The notes below the pieces were generated by a model that made no database searches, was not told the DNA's origin, and worked only from the letters and a program-made list of their open reading frames with translations. The translations under genes and the position numbers were made by a program. Shown piece by piece: positions 54,991 to 64,000 of a stretch of DNA of 64,000 nucleotides. Every line of letters begins with the position of its first letter. Positions within the stretch are counted from its first letter, which is position 1. This DNA is from Bdellovibrionales bacterium (GTDB lineage Bacteria; Bdellovibrionota; Bdellovibrionia; Bdellovibrionales; UBA1609): contig OZ241840.1 of NCBI GenBank assembly GCA_965202645.1, forward strand, positions 492,088 through 556,087. The letters run 5' to 3'.

Positions 54991-56418
54991 ATGGCTGATC
55001 GTATAGAGACCGACACATTAGGCTCAGTCCGCATTCCTGAGGGAAAGCTTTGGGGGGCGCAAAGCCAAAGATCGCTGGAAAACTTTAAAATCGGGTCAGA
55101 TCTGATGCCCCTGGAGCTGATTCAGGCTTTGGCTTTAATTAAAGAGTCCAGCTCTAAAGCCAATTCCGCTTATGGCCTGCTGGACAAAAAAAAAGCCAAA
55201 TGGATTGAGCAGGCCGCGCGGGAAGTCCAGCAGGGCCGTCTCAATGAGCATTTTCCCCTGACCGTGTGGCAGACAGGAAGCGGCACACAGAGCAACATGA
55301 ATGTCAATGAGGTTATAGCCAACCGGGCCATTCAGCTTTCCGGAGGCCGGATAGGGGATAAAAGCATTCATCCCAATGACGATGTTAACATGTCCCAATC
55401 CTCAAACGACACTGTCCCCTCCGCCATGAGGATTTGCCTTTATCTCTTTATTCAAAAGCGCCTCCGGCCCGCCTTAAATCTTTTCGCAAAGTCTTTGAAT
55501 AAAAAAACAAAAGAGTTCCGGGGCATTGTAAAAACCGGAAGAACGCATCTGATGGACGCTGTCCCTCTGTCTTTAGAGCAGGAGTTTTCAGCCTTTCACC
55601 GGCAAATGGCCCTGAGCCAAGAGAGAATAGAAAAAAGCCTTCGCCACCTGCTTTTTTTGCCTTTGGGCGGAACAGCTGTTGGAACAGGCTTAAACAGCCC
55701 TCCGGGCTTTGGCGAAAAAGCGTGCCATTTTATCAGCCAAAAAACAGGCTATAAATTTGTTTGCGCTTTAAACAAATTTGAGGCTATTTCCGCCCATGAC
55801 TGCATTGTGGAGTTAAGCGGATCCCTTAAAACTCTGGCTGTCAGCTTGATAAAAATCGCCAACGACATTCGCCTGCTGTCCAGCGGCCCCCGCTGTGGCT
55901 TAGGAGAGCTGATTTTGCCCGCCAACGAGCCGGGAAGCTCTATCATGCCCGGCAAAATCAACCCCACCCAATGCGAGGCTTTGGCCATGCTGTGCGCTCA
56001 AGTGATAGGCCAGGATTTAATTGTCAGCCTGGGCGGATCCGGAGGACAGCTCCAGCTTAACGCTTTTAAGCCCCTCATTCTTTTTAACTGCCTTCGCTCC
56101 GCCCGCTTGTTAAGCGATGGCTTAACCAGCTTTAGAGGGAAATGTCTGGAGGGCTTAAAAGCCAACAAAAAAAAGATCAAGAAAAATTTGGACAGCAGTT
56201 TGATGCTGGCTACGGCCCTTAATCCTCATATTGGCTATGACAAAGCCTCACAAATCGCAAAATCCGCTTATGAGAAAGGCCGGTCGCTAAAAGATGAGGC
56301 TGTCCGCTTAGGCTTTTTGACGGAGAAAGAGTTTGACCGCTTAGTCTGCCCGGAAAAAATGATAGAGCCTAAAACGCTCAATCCATCTAAAAAAAACAGG
56401 CCCCCCGGCTCCCGATAG
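54991..56418 (+). CDS. fumC: Class II fumarate hydratase
   Basis: GSSIMPGKINPTQCEA signature, TGSGTQSNMN, and full length of about 475 aa. Confidence 0.96.
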   Translation: MADRIETDTLGSVRIPEGKLWGAQSQRSLENFKIGSDLMPLELIQALALIKESSSKANSAYGLLDKKKAKWIEQAAREVQQGRLNEHFPLTVWQTGSGTQSNMNVNEVIANRAIQLSGGRIGDKSIHPNDDVNMSQSSNDTVPSAMRICLYLFIQKRLRPALNLFAKSLNKKTKEFRGIVKTGRTHLMDAVPLSLEQEFSAFHRQMALSQERIEKSLRHLLFLPLGGTAVGTGLNSPPGFGEKACHFISQKTGYKFVCALNKFEAISAHDCIVELSGSLKTLAVSLIKIANDIRLLSSGPRCGLGELILPANEPGSSIMPGKINPTQCEALAMLCAQVIGQDLIVSLGGSGGQLQLNAFKPLILFNCLRSARLLSDGLTSFRGKCLEGLKANKKKIKKNLDSSLMLATALNPHIGYDKASQIAKSAYEKGRSLKDEAVRLGFLTEKEFDRLVCPEKMIEPKTLNPSKKNRPPGSR

Positions 56419-56429
56419 CTAGGGATCAT

Positions 56430-56586
56430 CCTGAGTTCGCCGTTTTAGACCTTGGCTCAGCATAAAAATTTCTATAAATATAGGGATCCTGATTTTTTCA
56501 TATGTCTTAATTTATAGCTTTACAAGAAAAATTATAGTAAAATCAATAATTTATATACACGTGGCCTTTGTAAGGGCGAACTCAGG
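56430..56586. mobile_element. MITE family B, copy 2 (157 bp, inverted relative to copy 1)
   Basis: TIRs CCTGAGTTCGCC and GGCGAACTCAGG. Flanked by 27-bp direct repeats (56403-56429 and 56587-56613; 25 of 27 identical) that include the fumC stop codon. Confidence 0.75.
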
Positions 56587-56612
56587 CCCCGGCTCCCGAT
56601 AGCTAAGGCTCA

Positions 56613-57212
56613 TTAAAAAAGATTGAGCTGGCCCTCCATTTGAGAATAGGGAAATCGCAAAGGGCTTCGGTCAGACAAATCAATAAGCTTTTTTATATCT
56701 TTTGCGGAGCAAGAATGCTTTTTTAATATATGAATAAAAAGATGGCCGCAATGAACAGCGTCCGCCTCAGCTCTGTGAAATCCATTGGCCTCAATTTTTA
56801 AGCAGTCGCAAAGTGTCGCAAGCTTGTAATTTGGCAGACCGGGAAAGCTTTTTCGCGCCAGCTGGCAAGTGTCTAAAACCATCCCTCGTGGGGCGGGGGA
56901 GCGATGCTCCTCTATAGCTCTCAATAAAAACTGAAAATCAAAGGGGGCGTTGTGAGCGACTAACAGGCTCTGAGAGCAAAACTCGGCAAAAGAGGCCAGC
57001 GCCTTTTCTATAGGAGGCTGGCCCTTTAACATTTCATTTGTAATCCCATGGATCGCAGTCGCCTGCTCCGGCATAGGAATATCAATGGACACCAACTGCT
57101 GATAAGTCTCTTGAGCTTTGCCCTCCACAAAACGCACAGCCCCTATTTCAACAATATGATCCAGATGGCTTAAAGTCCCTGTGGTCTCTAAATCAAAACT
57201 GACAAACTCCAT
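56613..57212 (-). CDS. DnaQ-like 3'-5' exonuclease (DNA polymerase III epsilon family)
   Basis: Exo I FVSFDLETTG, Exo II LVAHNAPFDF, and Exo III H.A.ADA motifs. Confidence 0.85.
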   Translation of the reverse strand: MEFVSFDLETTGTLSHLDHIVEIGAVRFVEGKAQETYQQLVSIDIPMPEQATAIHGITNEMLKGQPPIEKALASFAEFCSQSLLVAHNAPFDFQFLLRAIEEHRSPAPRGMVLDTCQLARKSFPGLPNYKLATLCDCLKIEANGFHRAEADAVHCGHLFIHILKKHSCSAKDIKKLIDLSDRSPLRFPYSQMEGQLNLF

Positions 57213-57685
57213 AGCGCTTAACCTTAAATAAAAAGAGCGGACTTTAAAATCCGCTATGTGTCAGAAACATTTTTATACAGCGCTCCGGCATACAAAATTC
57301 GCTCATCTCCAGTTTAAAAGCCCGCCTGAAATCCAACATAATAGCCCCTCGCTTTTGATTTTATATATGACAAAGCTGTTTTACGCCAGCCCGGCTTAAA
57401 AATCTAGTTTAAAGGCTTGCGCCCGGCCTATTTTTGCCCGATCTGGATTTTCCAAATGTTAAAAGCCTCCAAAGAGAAGAGTCGAGCATTTTATAAAGAG
57501 CATAAAGACAGGCCTTTTTTTAGGAGTTAACGGATTTTATAAGCGCTCTGCTCCTGTGGCGGCTTTTCAAGAGTCTGGAGCTGTGTTAAAGGCTCGTAAA
57601 ATTAGGGTTTTGGCCCCCAGCGTGCGGCCGGCCAGCCGACTGCATAGAGCTGTGGCAAAGGCCGTAAAATTAGGGGGATACAGAT

Positions 57686-57718
57686 CCTAAAAACTGCCGG
57701 GCGGACGCTATCCGCCCG
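57686..57718 (-). terminator. Rho-independent terminator downstream of rodZ
   Basis: The minus strand reads CGGGCGGA-tagcg-TCCGCCCG followed by GCAGTTTTT, 17 nt after the stop. Confidence 0.6.
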
Positions 57719-57734
57719 ATAAATGGCCTGCCGA

Positions 57735-58520
57735 TTAAAAAGCCCTTTCAAAAAACGATCTGTTTCCCAGATCCACTTGCTCTCCATTGTAAAACATTTG
57801 AACAGCGCCCTGATACTCATCAAAGCGAATATAAATGCTGGTTTGAGCTTTAATATGAAACCAAACAGAAGGCTTAAGAATCTTTGTAACAGTGGCCTGC
57901 CGATCCGTTTTAAAATAAATTTGAAGAGTTTCAAATGATCTGATCAACAGCTCTTTTTGAAATACAGATTCAGCGATTTGATCCAAAAGATCGGGAGAGC
58001 CGCCAGCGGACTGCCCGCCCTCCGCGCTGTTTGAGTCTTTTGGGGCTATGGCGGCCTCATCTAAGCCTCCCGGAGCGTCTCCCTCTGAGCTTTTATCAGC
58101 CCCTGCCGGCGCCTCATTTTTTGCTGTCCCAGCCTCTTTATTAAAATAAGCTGGGCCGCCCATGACTCCTATCCACAAAAAAACAATAAAAAAACCAACA
58201 AATAAGAGCGCATAAGCTGAGCGGACAGGCTGTGGGGGAGCGCTTGGCTCTCCCGATGGGCCGGCTGGCTTTTTTTGGCTTTTTTGGCTGGCCCCCTCTT
58301 GGCTTTGGCTAAAAATATCCTCCGGATTCAAGCCTAAAAAACGGGCATAAGTTTTTATAAAGCCTTTTAAAAAAACAGGAGCGACAGAAGACGCCCTCCC
58401 CTCTTCAATCTCTCTTAAAATGGAGGGCTGAATTCTTGTGATTTCAAAAATTTGCTCATAGCTCAAGCCTTTGCGCTCCCTCTCAAGCTTTAAACAGCTT
58501 CCTATTTTAGAATAATCCAT
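57735..58520 (-). CDS. rodZ: RodZ-like cytoskeleton protein (HTH, TM and C-terminal DUF4115-like domains)
   Basis: N-terminal XRE-type HTH (LERERKGLSYEQIFEITRI), a single TM segment (LLFVGFFIVFLWIGV), and a position next to pilW/ndk as in many proteobacteria. Confidence 0.75.
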   Translation of the reverse strand: MDYSKIGSCLKLERERKGLSYEQIFEITRIQPSILREIEEGRASSVAPVFLKGFIKTYARFLGLNPEDIFSQSQEGASQKSQKKPAGPSGEPSAPPQPVRSAYALLFVGFFIVFLWIGVMGGPAYFNKEAGTAKNEAPAGADKSSEGDAPGGLDEAAIAPKDSNSAEGGQSAGGSPDLLDQIAESVFQKELLIRSFETLQIYFKTDRQATVTKILKPSVWFHIKAQTSIYIRFDEYQGAVQMFYNGEQVDLGNRSFFERAF

Positions 58521-58703
58521 AATCGCCGGATAGCGGAGATAATTGTCCGAATCCTCTCCTTAAATAACTTCCTATGTTAAAGCAATCCATAATCGCCGGC
58601 TCTCCCTTCAGCCGTTTCCGCCAGCTCCGAAATCGCTTTCTCCCCTTCTCTCCGGGACAAGCTAAAAACATGAAAAAAAACATAAGCCTAAAAATCCGCG
58701 CCA

Positions 58704-59486
58704 TTAAGAAAGTTTTTTCAAAAGCTTTTTAGCTTGTTTTTCAAGATCAGTCCCCGCTTTGGCTTTTCTCAAAAAAAGCCCTAAATGATATTTGGCTTTT
58801 TGTTTGTTCCCTTTCTTGATATACAGCTGGGCCAGAGCCAACTGCTCCTCATGGGTTAATTCCCCGCAGAGAGGCTTTTCTTTCGCGCAGGCTAAAAGAG
58901 CTTTTTTTAAAAACCTCTCGGATGATTGGAGATGGCCTAAAGCCATCTCGGTCTTTCCCATATACAAATAGATAAAACAAATTTTCCCGCCGGGAAGGGA
59001 CAGCGATTCCTTCAGCCATTTTTTAGCTCTTCGATAGGAGCCCTTTTTGTAATAAGCCAAGGCTTTCTGGCCGACAAGCTTTAAATAATTTGTGTAGGTG
59101 ATGTCTTTTTCAGCTATTTTAATCTCCCTGAGGGACTTATTCAGCTGATTTTTATCAATATACACGCGGGCCAGATCCACCCGGGACTCTGTAAAATCAG
59201 GTTTTATTTTGAGTATCTTTTTAAACTCCTGCTGGGCTTTGTCACGCTGGCCCATAGATTGATAAACTATGGCTAAGGTGTGGCGAATTAAAAAATTTTT
59301 AGGATTCAGCTTAACCGCCTTCAGCAAATGGGAAAGGGCCCTGGGCTTATCACACTTGCTGATCAGCCCGACAGCGATTTTATGGTGATCGTTCGCCCTT
59401 TGAATGCTCTTTAGGCTGGTTTGGCAGGAGAAGAGCAAACATAAAAGGCTAAAAAAATAAAAACGGCGCATTGTTTTAATCCTCAC
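58704..59486 (-). CDS. TPR-repeat lipoprotein (PilW/PilF-like)
   Basis: Lipobox LLFSC. Several 34-aa TPR units. Located between ndk and rodZ. Confidence 0.7.
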   Translation of the reverse strand: MRIKTMRRFYFFSLLCLLFSCQTSLKSIQRANDHHKIAVGLISKCDKPRALSHLLKAVKLNPKNFLIRHTLAIVYQSMGQRDKAQQEFKKILKIKPDFTESRVDLARVYIDKNQLNKSLREIKIAEKDITYTNYLKLVGQKALAYYKKGSYRRAKKWLKESLSLPGGKICFIYLYMGKTEMALGHLQSSERFLKKALLACAKEKPLCGELTHEEQLALAQLYIKKGNKQKAKYHLGLFLRKAKAGTDLEKQAKKLLKKLS

Positions 59487-59907
59487 TGGCGAAAAGCTCC
59501 TCAGAGGAAAAAAACAAAGCCAACTCCCTTTTCGCGCTCACTGGAGAATCACTGCCGTGAATCGCGTTTTTTCCAATACTCTCCCCATACTCATAGCGGA
59601 TAGTGCCCGGCCGGGATTTTTTGGGATCTGTATCCCCCATAATTTCCCTGACCTTTAATACAGCCCCAGTCCCTTGAAAAACAGCCACAGCCACAGGAGC
59701 TGAGCTTATAAAATCCGTTAACTCCTGAAAAAAAGGCCTGTCTTTATGCTCTTTATAAAACTCTCGGCACTTTTCTTTGGATATTTTTAACATTTTTAAG
59801 CCAATAAGAGCGAGGCCCTCCCGCTGAATTTTTTGTATGATGGCCCCCGCCTTTTGTTTATCCATGGCATTGGGCTTTATAAGAACAAATGTCCGCTCCA
59901 TGATCAT
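59476..59907 (-). CDS. ndk: Nucleoside diphosphate kinase
   Basis: ERTFVLIKPNA...NAIHGSDS (active-site His). Confidence 0.96.
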   Translation of the reverse strand: MIMERTFVLIKPNAMDKQKAGAIIQKIQREGLALIGLKMLKISKEKCREFYKEHKDRPFFQELTDFISSAPVAVAVFQGTGAVLKVREIMGDTDPKKSRPGTIRYEYGESIGKNAIHGSDSPVSAKRELALFFSSEELFASED

Positions 59908-59974
59908 CCCTCCAAAAGCTGTTGAGCTGTAACCAAAATTAGCCCATTTGAAACATTAAAATCTTGGCCCATGA

Positions 59975-60847
59975 TCATCCCTCCAAAAGCTGTTGAGCCA
60001 CAGCCGCCAAATTCGCGGGGTTATCCACCAGCTGGCATCCGGCCCGCTTAAGGGCTGCCAGCTTGCTGTCCGCGCCTCCGCGCCCCCGGCTGATTATCGC
60101 TCCGGCGTGACCCATTCTGCGGCCGGAAGGAGCGGTTTTGCCGGCGATAAAAGCCGTCACCGGCTTTTTAAACTCCCTTTCAATATAATCCGCCGCCTCC
60201 TCTTCCGCAACCCCTCCAATCTCGCCAATTAAAATAAGCCCTTGAGTCTCCTCATCCTCATTAAAAAGCTTTAATATATCCACAAAATCTGAGCCTGGGA
60301 CAGGATCTCCGCCAATTCCCACACAAGAGCTTTGGCCTAATCCTAAACAAGTGGTTTGCCATACCGCCTCATAAGTCAAAGTGCCTGATCGGGACAAAAT
60401 TCCCAAAGAGCCTTTTTTGTGAATGTATCCCGGCATAATGCCGATTTTACAGGCGGAGGGAGTGATAACGCCCGGACAGTTGGGGCCGATAAGGCGGGAC
60501 CGGCTCCCTTTTAAAGCCTGTTTGACTTTGAGCATATCTAAAATGGGAATGCCCTCTGTGATGCAAACCACTAAATCCAGCTCAGCCTCAATAGCCTCAA
60601 TAATGGCCCCGGCGGCAAAAGGCGCGGGAACATAAATCATAGACGCGTTGGCTTTTGTCTGATCCACAGCCTGCCGGACAGTGTTAAAAATCGGCTGTCC
60701 CAGATGAGCGCCGCCTCCTTTTCCCGGTGTGACCCCGCCCACAAGCTTTGTCCCGTATTTTAAAGCCTGCTCGCTGTGAAAAGTCCCATGTTTGCCCGTA
60801 AAGCCCTGACAGATCAGGCGTGTGTTTTTGTCCGCTAAGATAGACAT
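59975..60847 (-). CDS. sucD: Succinyl-CoA synthetase alpha subunit
   Basis: [18 protein letters not shown] and GHAGAII (phosphohistidine) motifs. Confidence 0.97.
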   Translation of the reverse strand: MSILADKNTRLICQGFTGKHGTFHSEQALKYGTKLVGGVTPGKGGGAHLGQPIFNTVRQAVDQTKANASMIYVPAPFAAGAIIEAIEAELDLVVCITEGIPILDMLKVKQALKGSRSRLIGPNCPGVITPSACKIGIMPGYIHKKGSLGILSRSGTLTYEAVWQTTCLGLGQSSCVGIGGDPVPGSDFVDILKLFNEDEETQGLILIGEIGGVAEEEAADYIEREFKKPVTAFIAGKTAPSGRRMGHAGAIISRGRGGADSKLAALKRAGCQLVDNPANLAAVAQQLLEG

Positions 60848-61041
60848 ATTTCAGTTGAGTTGAGGTGTCCTAAAAATAAAGCGCTGTCCATACAATCCGC
60901 CAAAAATGAGCTGTTAATTGAGTTTGGCTTGAGAGCAAGGCGCTTTGGCCCATAAAGCATAAGCCTAAAATTTAACTGAGCGCTTTTTGCCCGATTTTGC
61001 CCCGGCTTAAAATCCATAAAGTCAAACTAGTATAGCATAAT

Positions 61042-62208
61042 TTAATTTTTGGCAAGCTGGACAGCTTTTTTTGCCGCTGTGGCCAAATCAGAGGCCGTCA
61101 CCAAATCCAAAGAGGAGCGCTCCAGCCTCTCCATTCCCTCTTTAGAGCGCGTTCCCTCTAAACGAACAACCAGAGGGACCTTAATTTTTACAGCCTGAGC
61201 GGATTTGATCAAAGCGGAGGCTATCACATCGCATCTCATAATTCCCCCAAAAATATTGACCAAAATGCTTTTCACCTCTTTAGACTTTAAAATGATCTCG
61301 AAGGCTTTTTTGACTTTTTCCTCTTCCGCTCCTCCTCCAACATCTAAAAAATTAGCCGGACGGCCCCCATAAAGCTTAATAATATCCATAGTGGCCATAG
61401 CCAAGCCCGCCCCGTTAACCATACAGCCAATTTCTCCATCCAATTTAATAAAAGACAAATCATGGGACAAAGCCTCAGCCTCGCTTTCATCCCTTTCCTG
61501 GCTTTTGTGGATGGAGGACAAATCCTCCTGGCGGTAAAACGCGCTCTCATCAAAACTCATCTTTCCATCCAATGCGATAAGCTCTCCCTCCTGTGTTTCT
61601 GCCAAAGGATTGATTTCCAGCAAACTGGCGTCTTTTTCCATAAAAAGCCTATAAAGATTTTTGCATAAAGCAAATAGGGCCTGAATATCCTCTTTTTTGG
61701 AAAAGCCCAAAAACTCCCCTATGTCCCAAGCCTGCCAGCTCGCAAAGCCATAGCTGGGATTTATTTTCAGCTTTAAAATTTTTTTCGGAGATTTTTGGCT
61801 CACTTCCTCAATATCCACGCCGCCCTCCGGAGAGGCTATAAAAATAATTTGGGAGCAGGCGGGATCCAGCAAAACAGCTAAATAATGCTCTTTTTTAATC
61901 GCACAGCCCTTTTCAACCAGAACTTCTGAAACCAGCTCTCCCTCCTTATCCGTTTGAGGGGTCACTAAACGGGATTGCAGCAGGGCTTGAGCCGCCTGCT
62001 GAGCCTCTTCGGGGCTATGCGCTATTTTAATCCCTCCTCCCTTGCCTCGCCCGCCGGCTAAAATTTGAGCTTTGACAGCAAAAACTGGGCTGCCCAGCTG
62101 TTGAGCCGCCTGAAAAGCCTCTTGAGGGCTTTTGGCCGGATAAGACTCCAAAATGGGAATAGAATACCGCTTAAAAAGCGCTTTGGCTTGATATTCTTTT
62201 ATATTCAT
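61042..62208 (-). CDS. sucC: Succinyl-CoA synthetase beta subunit
   Basis: [13 protein letters not shown]-grasp layout, and GGIMRCD near the C-terminus. Note the 194-nt gap to sucD. Confidence 0.97.
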   Translation of the reverse strand: MNIKEYQAKALFKRYSIPILESYPAKSPQEAFQAAQQLGSPVFAVKAQILAGGRGKGGGIKIAHSPEEAQQAAQALLQSRLVTPQTDKEGELVSEVLVEKGCAIKKEHYLAVLLDPACSQIIFIASPEGGVDIEEVSQKSPKKILKLKINPSYGFASWQAWDIGEFLGFSKKEDIQALFALCKNLYRLFMEKDASLLEINPLAETQEGELIALDGKMSFDESAFYRQEDLSSIHKSQERDESEAEALSHDLSFIKLDGEIGCMVNGAGLAMATMDIIKLYGGRPANFLDVGGGAEEEKVKKAFEIILKSKEVKSILVNIFGGIMRCDVIASALIKSAQAVKIKVPLVVRLEGTRSKEGMERLERSSLDLVTASDLATAAKKAVQLAKN

Positions 62209-63149
62209 TTGAGCTGGCCCTCCATTTCAGCCAGCAGGCGCCTCACAGCGTCCGCCGATTTTTTAAATTGGCTTTTCTCCTCTTCGCTTAAGGGCGCCTC
62301 TATAATCTTTTCAACGCCTTTTCCCCCTAATAGGCAGGGAACTCCAATAAAAATTCCGCTCTCTCCATATTCTCCCTTTAGCCAGGCCGCGCAGGGAAGT
62401 ATTCTTTTTTGATCCTTTAAAATGGATTCCAGCATTTCCGCCACCCCAACAGCCGGAGCGTAATGGGCGGAGCCTGTTTTCAGCAAAGACACAATCTCCC
62501 CCCCGCCTTTTCTTGTTCTTTCCACCAGCTCTTTTTGGCTCTTCTCATCCATAAAGGCGGAAAGGGGAACAGAGCCGACTGTGCAATAGCGAATAAGAGG
62601 AACCATGCTGTCGCCGTGTCCGCCTAAAACCAAAATGGAAATATCCTGCGCGGAGCAATTTAATTTTTGAGCCGTGAAAGCCTTAAACCGGGCAGAATCC
62701 AAAACTCCGGCCATGCCCATAATTCTCTCTCTGGGAGGCTTTAAAATTTGATGAGCCAAAGAAACCATAGCGTCTAAAGGGTTTGAAACCACAATAAAAA
62801 TAGAGTCGGGACAGCGCTGTTTAAGCTGGACGCATATTGTTTTCATAATTTGCGCGTTTTTTGCCAAAAGATCTGAGCGGCTCATGCCCGGCTTTCTGGC
62901 TAAACCGGCGGTAATAACGACAATATCAGAGTTTTCCGCCAAACTGTAATCAGAGCCTCCCTGAATAGAAAGTCTGGATCCTGTGGCCGGGCTGGCGGAA
63001 AAAAGATCTAAAGCCCGCCCCTTGGCTAATCCCTCATTGACATCGATAAGGCTCACATCGGCCAAATCTCTGGAGAGAATCCATTGGGCTAAGCTGGATC
63101 CCACAAAGCCGCTCCCTACAATTGTCGCCTTTTTTCTTTTATGAGGCAT
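62205..63149 (-). CDS. mdh: Malate dehydrogenase (LDH-like family)
   Basis: IVGSGFVGS NAD-binding motif, ITAGLARKPGMSR and GGHGD. Overlaps sucC by 4 nt. Confidence 0.95.
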   Translation of the reverse strand: MPHKRKKATIVGSGFVGSSLAQWILSRDLADVSLIDVNEGLAKGRALDLFSASPATGSRLSIQGGSDYSLAENSDIVVITAGLARKPGMSRSDLLAKNAQIMKTICVQLKQRCPDSIFIVVSNPLDAMVSLAHQILKPPRERIMGMAGVLDSARFKAFTAQKLNCSAQDISILVLGGHGDSMVPLIRYCTVGSVPLSAFMDEKSQKELVERTRKGGGEIVSLLKTGSAHYAPAVGVAEMLESILKDQKRILPCAAWLKGEYGESGIFIGVPCLLGGKGVEKIIEAPLSEEEKSQFKKSADAVRRLLAEMEGQLK

Positions 63150-63164
63150 ATCAGGAAAGCTAAA

Positions 63165-63869
63165 TTATTTGATTTTGATAAGCTCCACCTCAAAAATTAA
63201 AACAGCGTGAGGGGGAACATTTGAGCCAGATCCCCGCTCCCCATAAGCCAGATGGGAGGGAATATAAAATTTATATTTTGATCCCTCTTTCATCAGCGCC
63301 AGCCCCTCTGTCCAGCCCTTAATAACCGCCTGGAGAGGGAAAGAGGCCGAAACGCCTCTTTTGTAGGAGCTGTCAAACTCTGTCCCATCAATCAAAGTCC
63401 CGCGGTAATGGACCTCAACAGTGTCTTCTTTTGCGGGCTTTTTGCCTGGCCCTTCAGTTAAAACCTCATATTGCAAGCCTGAGGCTGTGACTTGAACACC
63501 CTCTTTATTTTTGTTTTCCTCAAGAAATTTTTGCCCGCTCATTTTGTGTTTCTCCCCTTCCCGCTTTCGTTTTTCCAAAGCGGCTTTTTTCTTAATTTGC
63601 CGGTGGACGCTCTCCATGTCCCTCTGCTCTAACATCGGCTTTTGGCCATTGAGGCTGTCCTGAGCGCCTTTGAGAAAAGCCTGACTGACTAAATGGGCTT
63701 CTGATTTTTTCGTGTTTTCAGCTAAAATATAGCCCAGAAGATAGCTGGCTTTTTCCTCTTCAGACTCTAATTTTACAGAATCCGCCTGGCCCATGAAAGC
63801 TTTAATTTTTTCACAAGACGATAAAACAAATGGAGCGGCAAGCAATAAAACAAAACCTTTTAAACGCAT
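63165..63869 (-). CDS. FKBP-type peptidyl-prolyl cis-trans isomerase (FkpA/Mip-like), secreted
   Basis: Signal/lipobox LLAAPFVLSSC, N-terminal dimerisation helix, and a C-terminal FKBP domain (V.VHY.G.L.DG..FDSS...G......L..VI.GW.E.L..M..G.K....IP..LAYG). Confidence 0.9.
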   Translation of the reverse strand: MRLKGFVLLLAAPFVLSSCEKIKAFMGQADSVKLESEEEKASYLLGYILAENTKKSEAHLVSQAFLKGAQDSLNGQKPMLEQRDMESVHRQIKKKAALEKRKREGEKHKMSGQKFLEENKNKEGVQVTASGLQYEVLTEGPGKKPAKEDTVEVHYRGTLIDGTEFDSSYKRGVSASFPLQAVIKGWTEGLALMKEGSKYKFYIPSHLAYGERGSGSNVPPHAVLIFEVELIKIK

Positions 63870-64000
63870 AAAATCCCCCTTTATGATTTTTTAAGAAAGC
63901 CCCACTATAAAACAAACAATGGACTGCGCCAAGAAAAAATTTAAAAAATTTAAGCCGGGAGGGGGGGCGGCCTTTTAAGCGCTCGCTCTTTTCATTTCAG

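Overview
This 64-kb bacterial chromosomal window has about 50 supportable protein genes and 4 tRNAs. No rRNA, cas, reverse-transcriptase or phage structural genes are visible. Housekeeping content includes rny, pdxH, rpmE2, rpsD, yifB/comM, an MscS channel, cysK-like, feoAB, rel/spoT, dnaK, dnaJ, miaA, yicC, gmk, yraN, ggt, sufE, an mltD-like gene, dapD, mtaD-like, fumC, rodZ, a pilW/pilF-like TPR gene, ndk, sucDC, mdh and an FKBP isomerase. The mix (RNase Y, type IV pilin signal, ankyrin and Sel1 proteins, many secreted low-complexity proteins) suggests a host- or prey-associated lineage, but I cannot assign taxonomy from sequence alone. I found no classical multi-gene defence or secretion system. 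The unusual signal is structural. There are three families of small non-autonomous repeat elements. One has 8-bp target duplications and splits a gene in a frame-restorable way. One carries unusually long target duplications of 12 and 27 bp. One is a two-copy element with compensatory stem changes, which could be an ncRNA. An IS1595/IS1016-like IS sits inside a pilin-like cysteine-rich adhesin gene. A CRISPR-like orphan interspaced array lies between two tRNAs. Long C/G homopolymer tracts sit at surface-protein genes. Short duplications of gene starts and ends recur throughout, mostly with a 60-85 bp period (dnaJ x3 and miaA x3 are the largest cases). All calls rest on reading the sequence and the ORF track; no database search was possible.
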